This document shows, one piece after another, positions 48,104-57,499 of a stretch of 64,000 bases of DNA; positions within the stretch are counted from its first letter, which is position 1, and every line of letters starts with the position of its first letter. The stretch is taken from contig JACQJR010000001.1 in the NCBI GenBank assembly GCA_016204995.1, positions 241,132-305,131 on the forward strand. The letters run 5' to 3'. Made by a program: the position numbers and the translations under genes. This stretch comes from Candidatus Microgenomates bacterium (GTDB lineage Bacteria; Patescibacteriota; Microgenomatia; UBA8517; JACQJR01). The notes below the pieces were generated by a model. That model did not search any database, was not told the origin of the DNA, and saw nothing but the letters and a program-made list of their open reading frames with translations.

Positions 48104-48696
48104 GTAAATTTTTCGGGGAAAAGTTCTCTTAAAGAAGGATTATTCTGATCTGCTTCTGACAGAACCGGATTTTTAATTGGCCAATTAATCTTTAAATCCG
48201 GATCATTCCATCTGATAGATCTTTTAGTAATATTACTTTTGTAGGTATCAGAAACTGCGTAGTGATAAAAGACGCCTTCCTTCCCAAGAGCCAGTATTGA
48301 GTTAGCCAGTCCTGGCGAAATGACTAAAGTCCTTCTGGGAGAATTAATATCCGTGTAGTCAAAAGTAAAAGTCTGCACCTTGCCAAAAGTAGCAGAATTA
48401 ATTCTGATATCAACTATGGCTATAAAGGTTTTTCCCGTTAAGGGAGTAACAATTTTATATTGAGGCTCGGCATGCAAACCCCTTAAGGTACCGGGCAGAT
48501 TATAGGTAAAACTACCTTGTCTGATAACCAAATCATTTACATCTAAGGCTTTGGCAATATCTTCTACGCGGTAGGCTTCTTGAAACCAACCTCGCCCGTC
48601 AAGATAGATCTTTTTTTCAAATATCAACAAGCCGGCAATTTCTGTAGCTAAAATTCTAATATCGGGACTTGTAGGAATAAAATTGGCTAGGTTCAT
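48100..48696 (-). CDS. rmlC: dTDP-4-dehydrorhamnose 3,5-epimerase
   Basis: DGRGWFQE, GTLRGLH, VDIR..S.TFG, WNDPDL.I.WP. Confidence 0.85.
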   Translation of the reverse strand: MNLANFIPTSPDIRILATEIAGLLIFEKKIYLDGRGWFQEAYRVEDIAKALDVNDLVIRQGSFTYNLPGTLRGLHAEPQYKIVTPLTGKTFIAIVDIRINSATFGKVQTFTFDYTDINSPRRTLVISPGLANSILALGKEGVFYHYAVSDTYKSNITKRSIRWNDPDLKINWPIKNPVLSEADQNNPSLRELFPEKFT

Positions 48697-48711
48697 TAAA
48701 AAGAATATAAA

Positions 48712-48957
48712 TTACAAAAGCAGACTTAGGATCAGGGCTGATCCTAAAAGGGCAATGGCAGTATACTCTATCACAACTTCCCAGTAAAGATCGCTATGTA
48801 TCCAATGATGAACTATGCCCCAACTGATGTAAGCCAAAGAACTAGCTACGACCAGGGCAATTTGAAAGGGGCGATCAAAAGAAAATAATTTGAATCCCGC
48901 TATCACAATAATCAAAATTCCTAATAAAACTAGGTAATGAGAAAAATGCCGTCTCAT
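48712..48957 (-). CDS. Small 3-TM membrane protein
   Basis: Y..WGIVHH..EY motif; operonic overlap. Confidence 0.65.
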   Translation of the reverse strand: MRRHFSHYLVLLGILIIVIAGFKLFSFDRPFQIALVVASSLAYISWGIVHHWIHSDLYWEVVIEYTAIALLGSALILSLLL

Positions 48958-49784
48958 AATATTGCTCCCTGTTTAAGATTCAAAATTAATAAACCCAAAG
49001 CTGATAGAAAACTTAAATGGGCCAAAGTCCGACCGGAAATACGTACCAGACGCAAATGGGCCAGTACCACCAGATCTACCAGTAACACTAATATTAACAA
49101 CCCCATTATTCCCAAAGATAAATTCCGTCTTAAATCAAAAGAGGTGCTTGCGAGGGTTGCAGGATGGCTTTGGCCACTGGCCAGTTGAGACGTCACCATG
49201 GGTTCGCCTCCATTAAGAACCGCAAACTCGGGAGTGGATCCTAAAAACTGAACCACGATCGTTGTTTGTTTACCGCCTAAATCACCTTGAACAATAGCTA
49301 CCCCAATATCATGATAACGAGACGATAGCAGGTTTTCCCGATGACTGGGAGATGCCATCCAGGCGGCTACCGCATCATGCGCTGAATTAAAATCCCGAGC
49401 CAGGTTTTCTCCGGCATAGCGATATTGATAACCGTTACTTAAAAAAAATGACCAAGGCGTGGTGCCGGTAGGCGAAAAATGAGCCCAATAATCATAGCTT
49501 AACATGTCTTCACCCTTCTTCCGCGCTCCCGCCATTAATTTCTCATTTATTTCCAGTGTAGGTAGACCATTTTGCAGACGCTCGCGGTTAGTTTCTTCAA
49601 TTACTTTTCCCGGCGATAAATCAGAACTGACACCCAGTACTAAACTGGTTTTGGCCAAAGAATTAATAACCAGTTGAGCTAAGATGAAGAGCAGCAAGAT
49701 AACTAAACAGCCGCTGGGAGTAATTATTTTTGCTTTATAATTATTGGCGCGATGAGGAATAAACAAATGGGCAAGCAGTTTCAT
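48954..49784 (-). CDS. CAP (SCP) domain membrane protein
   Basis: TNRER, YWAH, AGENLA, WMASPSHRENLL. Confidence 0.9.
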   Translation of the reverse strand: MKLLAHLFIPHRANNYKAKIITPSGCLVILLLFILAQLVINSLAKTSLVLGVSSDLSPGKVIEETNRERLQNGLPTLEINEKLMAGARKKGEDMLSYDYWAHFSPTGTTPWSFFLSNGYQYRYAGENLARDFNSAHDAVAAWMASPSHRENLLSSRYHDIGVAIVQGDLGGKQTTIVVQFLGSTPEFAVLNGGEPMVTSQLASGQSHPATLASTSFDLRRNLSLGIMGLLILVLLVDLVVLAHLRLVRISGRTLAHLSFLSALGLLILNLKQGAIL

Positions 49785-49796
49785 CTTAAACTAATA

Positions 49797-50714
49797 CTAA
49801 ACCTTTTGGCGGAAAAATTCGATGGTTCTTTTTAGGCCTTCTTCTAAACTTACCTTTGGTTCCCAGCTAACTTCTTTTTTAATTTTGGCAAACGAAGCAT
49901 AATTGGCCATTACATCTCCTGCTCTTTCGCCTAAATCATTAACTTCCACCTTATATCCTAAAATATCAGAAATTTTATTGATGATATCCATCACTTTAAT
50001 ACCTTTTTCTGTGCCGACATTAAAAATATGAAGCCCAGTTAGATTAATCACTGCTACATGTGCCAGGGCTAAATCTTCAATGTAAATAAAATCGCGGATG
50101 CCTTCGCCTTTCCAATACAGAGGAATTGGTTCTTTTGCCAAAGCCGACTTAATAAAATTAGGAATGGCATGAGTTTCCGGTTGATGCAGTTCGCCCGGGC
50201 CATAAGGATTAAAGTAGCGCAAAATTGTACAATCAAAGCTGTATAAATTATGATAAAGCGTACAAAACTGCTCCATAGTCAATTTAGTAATGCCGTAGGG
50301 ATTACTTTGGGCGCCTAAAGGATCATCTTCCATTATTGGTAACTTACTTGGCACGCCATAAACACAAGCGCTGGAAGAAAAGATAATCTTGCGAACTTCG
50401 GTTTTACGCATCGCCTCCAAAAGTTTGACTGAATTGACAATATTATTTTCGGCAAAACTGACTGGATCTTTGACTGATTCCCCCACCTCAATTAAGGCCG
50501 CCATATGAATGACGGTATCATGGCCGGCTAATATTCCTTCCATTCTATATTGATCAGATAAATCTATTTGATAGAAGATGGCTCGACTATCAATTGACTC
50601 TTGATGACCGCGTGATAAATTATCAACCACAGTCACTTCATGTCCGGCATCCAGTAATAATTTAGTAGTCCAGGAACCAATAAAACCAGCGCCGCCAGTA
50701 ACTAGAATTTTCAT
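49797..50714 (-). CDS. galE: UDP-glucose 4-epimerase
   Basis: MKILVTGGAGFIGS, VGESV, FSSSACVYG, YGITK, LRYFNPYG; ATG 50714 overlaps the tsaB stop. Confidence 0.85.
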   Translation of the reverse strand: MKILVTGGAGFIGSWTTKLLLDAGHEVTVVDNLSRGHQESIDSRAIFYQIDLSDQYRMEGILAGHDTVIHMAALIEVGESVKDPVSFAENNIVNSVKLLEAMRKTEVRKIIFSSSACVYGVPSKLPIMEDDPLGAQSNPYGITKLTMEQFCTLYHNLYSFDCTILRYFNPYGPGELHQPETHAIPNFIKSALAKEPIPLYWKGEGIRDFIYIEDLALAHVAVINLTGLHIFNVGTEKGIKVMDIINKISDILGYKVEVNDLGERAGDVMANYASFAKIKKEVSWEPKVSLEEGLKRTIEFFRQKV

Positions 50715-51013
50715 TGATATTTGGCCGCCACCGGCTGCTCTCGCACATTTTGACCATTGACCGGAATATTTAATGCCCATCCTAAAGCATTAGCCACTGC
50801 TATGCCTACCCTCAAACCGGTAAAAGAACCAGGGCCGCTCACTACTTCTACTTCTTTTAAATCGCCAAAAGTGAAGCCATGACTTTTTAACAAATCTTCA
50901 ATTACTGATAATAATTTTTGAGCCTTTTCTTGTCGGGAGTCAGTCCTAACACGATCATTGTCTAAACCAACTACGATTTCTTCGGTATGACTGGTATCAA
51001 TAAAAAGTTTCAA
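50711..51013 (-). CDS. tsaB: Short TsaB-like protein
   Basis: LFIDTS, GPGSFTGLRVG; adjacent to tsaE. Confidence 0.85.
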   Translation of the reverse strand: MKLFIDTSHTEEIVVGLDNDRVRTDSRQEKAQKLLSVIEDLLKSHGFTFGDLKEVEVVSGPGSFTGLRVGIAVANALGWALNIPVNGQNVREQPVAAKYQ

Positions 51014-51489
51014 GTAAGCTCCTCCGGTAATTCAATAAGATGTTTCTCATCATCTGTAACATTAAATTTAATCCACTGCGTATTGTCTGGCAAAAACCGG
51101 CTAATTTTATCCGCCCACTCAATAGCCATAATATTTTCTCTTTTTCCCCAAATCTCATCTAATCCTAAATTTTTAATCTCTTGCTCTAAGTTTTGTTCCA
51201 ACCTGTATAGATCCACGTGATAAAAGTTCATAAGTTTTAAGTTTTTAGTTGTGGTTTTGACATTTGAGTTTTGCGATTTGAGTTTAATTTTATACTTTCT
51301 CATAATGATAAATGTCGGACTGGTAATTCTATTTTTAATTCCCAAACCCTCGGCTAACCCTTGCACAAAAGTTGTCTTACCAGCACCTAAAGGGCCCACT
51401 AAGGCTAAAATCTCCCTGCCAGTTAGTTTTTCCCCAACACGCTTACCTAAATTTTTGGTTTGCTCATCATTATTTGTAGTAATCTGCAT
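51010..51489 (-). CDS. tsaE: t6A biosynthesis ATPase
   Basis: GPLGAGKTTF, SPTF, HVDLYRL, IEW. Confidence 0.95.
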   Translation of the reverse strand: MQITTNNDEQTKNLGKRVGEKLTGREILALVGPLGAGKTTFVQGLAEGLGIKNRITSPTFIIMRKYKIKLKSQNSNVKTTTKNLKLMNFYHVDLYRLEQNLEQEIKNLGLDEIWGKRENIMAIEWADKISRFLPDNTQWIKFNVTDDEKHLIELPEELT

Positions 51490-52408
51490 TCAAATTTCTT
51501 CTCCTTCATGCATTTTTTCATTATACCCAACTTCTCTTTTTTTCACAAAGGTAAAAGCAGCTGCCGCCAGTAAACATACACCTCCACCAATTAAAAGAAT
51601 AGGTACCAGAGGAATTCGTCCGCCGAAGACAAACCAGCCGGCTACCTGGGCGGATTCAGGAGTGGCGGAGGGCGAAGAGGTTTGGGCTGCTAAAATTTCC
51701 GGCGAGTTAGTAGGAGTGGCAGATGCTTTGGAACTTAGGCCGGGCGACGGCGTGGGAGATGATGTCTTAGTTGGACTTGGAGTTGGTGATTTGGTGGGAG
51801 TAGGACTGGGAGTTTTGGTGGAGGAAGGAGAAGGGGTAGGTGTGGAAGTTGGAGTAGCAGTGGGTGTCGGAGTTGGAGTGGGTGTAGGAGAATCGGTGGG
51901 GGGTCGGGGTGGGGGTTGCAGAAACGGTAATATTAAGAGTAGTAGAATTATCAGCCCAGGTGGGGCCACTGCCGGCTTGAGTGTATCTGCCTACTTTTAA
52001 GGTGTAGCTTGCTTCTCCTTTGTAATATGAACTTTCCGCATCCGGCTTCACCTCTATGGTGCCGCTCCAGGAATTATCGGAATTCATGGTAATTTGATAA
52101 AACTGGGTGTAATCAAGGGGAGAAGGTTTACCGTTATACCAGGAGCCGGCATTATTTTTGGTATAGCCAAAGTAAGAAGATGGCGCATCTGGGTGGGCTA
52201 AAGCCGCTCTTAAATAATAATTATTGCCAGCAGAATTACTAATAGTTAAACTGATAGTAACCGAGAATGATTCATTATCCGCCACACTGGCCGGAACATT
52301 GCTAATGCTAAAGGCGGCTTGCGCTTTATGATGAAAAGTAAATAAAAACAGTAACGAAGAAATCATTAAGACGAAAATGAAATTAATCGTCTTTAGAAAA
52401 TAACTCAT
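51490..52408 (-). pseudogene. Secreted Thr/Pro-rich, C-terminally anchored protein split by a frameshift
   Basis: ORFs 51767..52408 and 51490..51969 join if the C6 run at 51898-51903 were C5. Confidence 0.7.
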
Positions 52409-52412
52409 TACA

Positions 52413-53588
52413 TTAATAAACTCTTACAATATCCACTGTTTTAATATCCGACAAATTATATTTATCCGTCAGCTTTATATTTCCTCCATTCTCCACGAAA
52501 GGATCATTCATAATATAATTATCCCCCTCTTTACCTTTGATAACAATAAAATGATCCGGGCCGGAATAGAGCCCTACTACCACCGGATTACCATTATTCA
52601 GTTCATTATCAATCTTTTGTTTGACGGCATCAAGACCGCAACTTGCACAAACTCTGGTTCTGGTGGCAGTAACGCCTTGTGCAGTCCAACTACCTTGATT
52701 CATATAGCCGGTATTACCAAAAAAAACATTGGGGGAAGCGGCAATATCGGCAGGTTTTAAGCTTTTACCATAGTGAGAAGCAATCATGGCCATAGAGGTT
52801 ACCAGGCAGCCATACTCCGCCAAAGTATCGCTGGAATTTCCCATAGCCATAGTACCCCACTGGCTATCTCGTTGGTTATAATAACAACCCCAACCATCGC
52901 ATTTAGTCTGATTAGACAGAAGACTAGCTCCGCCTTGTCTGGCCACGAAGCGCTTAAAGGCAGCCAGTTGGGCTTTGGCTTGAACCAGCAGTTGTTGATA
53001 CTTACTCTCATCATTTTTGGTCACTTCCAAGAGTTTATTTTTGGCTTCTATCTGCCGGCTCAAATAAATTTTCTGGCTTTCCAGTTTTTTCTGTAAATTC
53101 TCCAGGGCGATTTTTTCTGTCTCCAGGGCGGTTTGCGAAGTTTGCAAGTTAAATAATAAATCCCGATCCCTCTCCTGTAAGAGCTTAAGATAATAAGCGC
53201 GGGAAATCAGACTGGGCAGATCTTTGGCAGTTAAAAGTGATAAAAAGGGGTCACCCAAACGATTAAGCTGATAGGAAGAAATTACCCGCTTTTGATAGAT
53301 AACTGAAAGATTAGTGATGGAATTTTCAATTTTTACGATGGTGGCCGAAAGAGAAGCTACTTCTATTTCTGTCTGATCAATTTTTAGTTGGGCCAGCTTT
53401 ATTTGGGTATCAAAATTGGCAATTTGAGAAGCAAGGGTTTTCTTCTGCTGGCCGATTTCCACCAGTTTTTGTTCCAGCTCCTTAATTTGATTTCTAACAT
53501 CCTGCTCACTTTGAGCGTGAGTCTGGCGGACCACCAAGAGAAAAATTACTATTAATAAACAGCCAAATATTGATAAAATTTTCCACAT
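52413..53588 (-). CDS. Coiled-coil plus C39-like peptidase (FtsEX-associated)
   Basis: Signal peptide, long coiled coil, YNQRD..W, GCLVTS.AM, HF.VI, NDP. Confidence 0.75.
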   Translation of the reverse strand: MWKILSIFGCLLIVIFLLVVRQTHAQSEQDVRNQIKELEQKLVEIGQQKKTLASQIANFDTQIKLAQLKIDQTEIEVASLSATIVKIENSITNLSVIYQKRVISSYQLNRLGDPFLSLLTAKDLPSLISRAYYLKLLQERDRDLLFNLQTSQTALETEKIALENLQKKLESQKIYLSRQIEAKNKLLEVTKNDESKYQQLLVQAKAQLAAFKRFVARQGGASLLSNQTKCDGWGCYYNQRDSQWGTMAMGNSSDTLAEYGCLVTSMAMIASHYGKSLKPADIAASPNVFFGNTGYMNQGSWTAQGVTATRTRVCASCGLDAVKQKIDNELNNGNPVVVGLYSGPDHFIVIKGKEGDNYIMNDPFVENGGNIKLTDKYNLSDIKTVDIVRVY

Positions 53589-53601
53589 CTGTCTTGGAAC
53601 A

Positions 53602-54519
53602 TCAAAGTTTCAAATAGCGAGCAATGGCAAACCACGCCCCCATGATGCCGATTAACATGGCCGCCGCGAGTTCTGCACCAATCAAAACAGCCGATTTTGT
53701 AATCAGGGTGGCCGTATCTTGAGGCAGAACCGGTATCTCACCAAAATAAATTGATAAATTAGGCGCCAAATATAACAGAAGCACCAAAGCCAGTAAAAAT
53801 CCAATTAAAGCGCCGATTACGGCGTATAATATTCCTTCCAGTAAAAAGGGAGTGCGAATAAAGCCGGGCGTGGCCCCAATGAGGGTCAATACTTCTATTT
53901 CCTCCCGCCGGCTGGCCACCCGCATACCAATAATTAACAGTAAAATAAAAATTGAAACTAGACCCAAAAAGGTCAGTAAAGTAATTCCAGCCACACGAAT
54001 ATACTTGGTAACTTGCTGCAACTTTTCAATAATTTGTGATAGTTGCTCCTTGCCGCCCACGCTGGCCGTAAATTCCACGCTTTTAACGATATTATCTTTT
54101 TTAACTTCGTCAATCACTTCTTGGGCGAAAGATAAATCGGTAACGGAAAATTCCAGGGACGTTGGCAGGACATCCGGACTAACCAGTTCTGTAGCCAAAG
54201 GATTATCCTCCATTATTCCCTTAAAAATTTTAAAGGCTTCCTCGTGAGAAACAAATTTAATATTCGATCTAATACGACTATCGCTGGCTAATTTCCTGGA
54301 CAGCGCGGAAATTTGTTCGGGCTTGGCCGTATCTTTCAAAAAAGCAATTATTTGAGGTTTGGTTTCAAAATAATGAAGGGTAATGGTAGAAACATAAGTT
54401 AAAGCCGCAAAAATGGTGGCCACAAAAAAGGTTAATACTAAAATTAAAATAGCGGCCACAGCCTGATAAGGGGAACGACGAATATGCACTAGAGCAGTGG
54501 TCAGATGTTGGTTTAGCAT
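53602..54519 (-). CDS. ftsX: Cell division permease FtsX
   Basis: RREEIEVLTLIGAT..FIRTPFLLEG; follows ftsE. Confidence 0.9.
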   Translation of the reverse strand: MLNQHLTTALVHIRRSPYQAVAAILILVLTFFVATIFAALTYVSTITLHYFETKPQIIAFLKDTAKPEQISALSRKLASDSRIRSNIKFVSHEEAFKIFKGIMEDNPLATELVSPDVLPTSLEFSVTDLSFAQEVIDEVKKDNIVKSVEFTASVGGKEQLSQIIEKLQQVTKYIRVAGITLLTFLGLVSIFILLLIIGMRVASRREEIEVLTLIGATPGFIRTPFLLEGILYAVIGALIGFLLALVLLLYLAPNLSIYFGEIPVLPQDTATLITKSAVLIGAELAAAMLIGIMGAWFAIARYLKL

Positions 54520-55200
54520 TTAATCTTCTTTGTATTTTCCGGCAGGTTGATCTCTAACAATTTTACCGCTTTTGAGAGAAATAACCCGCTTCTTCATTTT
54601 ATCTACAATATCATGATTATGAGTAGCCATCATAATGGTGGTACCATCCTGATTAATTTTCTCAAAAATCTGCATAATATTCCAGGCAGTTTCCGGATCA
54701 AGATTACCGGTGGGTTCATCAGCCAGTAATAATTTCGGCCTGGTGGCTATGGCCCGGGCAATGACAGCCCTTTGTAATTCACCGCCGGCCAGTTGAGCTG
54801 GAAAAAAATTCGCCCGATCACCCAAACCGACATAAGATAAGACTTCAGTTGCAGTGTGTTCTTGTTTCGCGAGCGGTAAACCTAGAACAGCCAGAGCCAG
54901 CATGACATTTTCTCCCACGGTCCGGTCGGGCAGTAATTTAAAGTCCTGGAAAACCACTCCCAAATGACGGCGATAAAGAGGTATTAAATCACTTTTTAAA
55001 TCGCTTAATTTTTTATTGTCAAATAAAATTTCTCCTTGATCCGGTTGAAGATCACGCAGAATCAGTCTTAAAACTGTGGTTTTACCTGAACCTGATGGTC
55101 CGGTAATAAAAACAAACTCGCCGCCGGCGACTTCAAAAGAAACATTGTCTAAGGCGAGAATCTTGCCAAACTTCTTGGTAGCCCCTGCGAATTTCACCAT
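54520..55200 (-). CDS. ftsE: Cell division ATPase FtsE
   Basis: GPSGSGKTT, GVVFQDFKLL, LLADEPTGNLD. Confidence 0.93.
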   Translation of the reverse strand: MVKFAGATKKFGKILALDNVSFEVAGGEFVFITGPSGSGKTTVLRLILRDLQPDQGEILFDNKKLSDLKSDLIPLYRRHLGVVFQDFKLLPDRTVGENVMLALAVLGLPLAKQEHTATEVLSYVGLGDRANFFPAQLAGGELQRAVIARAIATRPKLLLADEPTGNLDPETAWNIMQIFEKINQDGTTIMMATHNHDIVDKMKKRVISLKSGKIVRDQPAGKYKED

Positions 55201-55226
55201 TATTCATTTTGAAGAAATATACTTCT

Positions 55227-55688
55227 TTAATCAAGCACTTTAATTTTACCTACATCCATGAACCAGCCGGCTTTTTGAGCTGTATAAGTTTCGCCCCAAA
55301 CTTGCACTTTTTGATCTATAAATTCGTCCAAGTCAATCACGGAAGAAGTTAAATAAACAGTCTGCGAGGGCCCGCCCTCTCTTTCTAAATGATGTGTCCC
55401 TTCCCCATCTAAGCCGCCTTCGCGCAATATGCCTGTGGCGTTATCGCGAAAAGTTTTTTCGTCAGACAAACCGGCTTCCTTGGCCAAGTTATTAACCTTT
55501 GCTCCGGGAGCAACTGCCACAGTTTTTCCGGATAAGACGCTACCTTGAGTTTGCGAAAATAGATAGCCGGCACCGACTCCACCCACTACTACCACCACGA
55601 TAGCTATGACTAAACCAAGAGGTAATTTCTTGACAGCAGGCACAGGTAGAGGCGAACTTTGATTGGGTGGTGTTGGATTATCATTCAT
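55227..55688 (-). CDS. Single-TM hypothetical protein
   Basis: TM followed by a GEGTHHLER..YLTSSVIDL domain. Confidence 0.7.
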   Translation of the reverse strand: MNDNPTPPNQSSPLPVPAVKKLPLGLVIAIVVVVVGGVGAGYLFSQTQGSVLSGKTVAVAPGAKVNNLAKEAGLSDEKTFRDNATGILREGGLDGEGTHHLEREGGPSQTVYLTSSVIDLDEFIDQKVQVWGETYTAQKAGWFMDVGKIKVLD

Positions 55689-55689
55689 A

Positions 55690-56706
55690 CTATAGTTTTA
55701 CCTCTTCTGATATGAATTCGTCAAGTCCCCCGTCTAAAACAACCTCGGTGTTGCCTGTTTCTACTACGGTTCTTAGGTCTTTAACCATTTTATAAGGATG
55801 CAAAACATAAGAACGAATCTGATTTCCCCAGGAAGCCGGCCGATATTCGCCTCTTAATTCCCTTTGTTCATTGGCTCGTTCTTCTTGAGCTCTAGCCCAT
55901 AACTTAGCCGATAAAAGAGACAGGGCAATTTTTCTATTTTGCTCTTGAAAACGCTCTGTTTGGGCCGAAACTACTAATCCGGTAGGTTTATGGGTTAGTC
56001 GCACTGCTGTCGCCACCTTTTGCACATTTTGCCCGCCATGACCAGAAGCATGGAAAAATTGCCATTCAATATCCTCTTCCCGCAGTTCTACTGCTTCGGT
56101 ATCAGGTAGTTGAGGCAAAACTTCAACTAGGGCAAAAGAGGTTTGGCGTAGTTTTTGGGCATTAAAGGGAGATTGGCGGACCAACCGATGGGCTCCGGCT
56201 TCATTTTTCAAATAGCCATAAGCATATTGACCATTAACTAAAAAAGTGACAGATTTAATACCGGCTTCTTCCCCGGAAGCCATTTCCACTATTTCCACTT
56301 TCCAGCCGCGTTTTTCGGCGTACCTCATATACATCCTTTGAAGCATCTGGGCCCAATCCATCGCTTCTGTCCCGCCTTGACCGGCATGAATTGAGATAAT
56401 GGCTGATTCTTTGTCATATTTACCGGCTAAAAAGGTGATTAATTCCAGTTTTTTTAGTTCCCGTTCAACTTCATCGGTTTTACTTTCATCGCTCAAAGAG
56501 GTTTTTAACTGTTCAATTTTATCTACAGTTTCTTGTAACTCTGACAACTGGCTCATTTTTTTAGCCGCCGTTTCATGATCCTGCCAAAAAGCCGGATTTT
56601 CCGATTCTTTCTGCAGGTTTAAAATTTCCGCCTTTTTACCTGCCAAATCAATCGCCGCGCTTAACTTATCAATTTTTTCCGATAGTTCTTCAATCTTCGT
56701 CGCCAT
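55690..56706 (-). CDS. prfB: Peptide chain release factor 2
   Basis: SPF motif, GGQ, WGNQIRSYV. Confidence 0.97.
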   Translation of the reverse strand: MATKIEELSEKIDKLSAAIDLAGKKAEILNLQKESENPAFWQDHETAAKKMSQLSELQETVDKIEQLKTSLSDESKTDEVERELKKLELITFLAGKYDKESAIISIHAGQGGTEAMDWAQMLQRMYMRYAEKRGWKVEIVEMASGEEAGIKSVTFLVNGQYAYGYLKNEAGAHRLVRQSPFNAQKLRQTSFALVEVLPQLPDTEAVELREEDIEWQFFHASGHGGQNVQKVATAVRLTHKPTGLVVSAQTERFQEQNRKIALSLLSAKLWARAQEERANEQRELRGEYRPASWGNQIRSYVLHPYKMVKDLRTVVETGNTEVVLDGGLDEFISEEVKL

Positions 56707-56727
56707 ATGGGCTAATTTTAGCGGAAA

Positions 56728-57006
56728 TTAGTGGAGGTTACAAATTTGGGAACGGATGGCATCTAACTCGCTATTAGGTAAATTCTTAATTTGCGAAATA
56801 GTATCGGAAATTGTGGAAGATGCTTGTTCTACAGGATTAAATACTGCCGGTAAATTTACCAAAGGCACTGACTTAACAAAATTCTCCGTTGTTACACCTA
56901 AAACTTTTTGCATATTAGCTGCTACCAGCTCTCTGCCTGGCCCTAATAGTAAAAAGGCCATTACTCCTAAAACTATACCAATTAATAAAAATCTACCTAA
57001 AATCAT
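56728..57006 (-). CDS. Small membrane-anchored hypothetical protein
   Basis: N-terminal TM; ends QIC like its neighbour. Confidence 0.6.
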   Translation of the reverse strand: MILGRFLLIGIVLGVMAFLLLGPGRELVAANMQKVLGVTTENFVKSVPLVNLPAVFNPVEQASSTISDTISQIKNLPNSELDAIRSQICNLH

Positions 57007-57007
57007 A

Positions 57008-57469
57008 TTAAGGCGCGCAAATTTGCGTTCTGGCTTTACTTTGCTCTTTAACTGATAAATTATTAAAGTTTTCTACCACTTCACCGCTAGTTGCCGAAGT
57101 AGCGGCATTCAGAACTTGCGGCGGACTGCCAATGGCTTGCGCGAGTTGCATCATATTATCCTGAATGAAAGAGCGAATCGCCACAGGAGTATTTTTATTT
57201 CTTAGAACTTCTGCCACCGCTGTCCGACCGCCCACTAATAAAAATCCCTCCACCACTAAAGTTAAAACAACCCCCAACAATATCCCAAACCCGGCTCCTT
57301 TGATACTCCATTCCAGCATGTGGTGACGGGTAACACCCAAAAGCAAAGCCACTAAAAAGATCCCGCCAATAATTAACACTGCCTGTTTGAGTTGAGGCGC
57401 AATAAAAGGATCCAGAAAAGAAGTCAGCTGATTAATAGAGCTAACAGCGATGAGCAGAATTTGTTCCAT
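57008..57469 (-). CDS. Membrane hypothetical protein
   Basis: Two TMs; ends QICAP. Confidence 0.6.
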   Translation of the reverse strand: MEQILLIAVSSINQLTSFLDPFIAPQLKQAVLIIGGIFLVALLLGVTRHHMLEWSIKGAGFGILLGVVLTLVVEGFLLVGGRTAVAEVLRNKNTPVAIRSFIQDNMMQLAQAIGSPPQVLNAATSATSGEVVENFNNLSVKEQSKARTQICAP

Positions 57470-57499
57470 CTCTACACTTTTATCATATCACACCGCAAG

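Noticed and set aside
51251-52000. 249-aa + strand ORF (also 57450..57677 and 58178..58594)
   Set aside because: Antisense mirrors of Thr/Pro- or Ala-rich codons.
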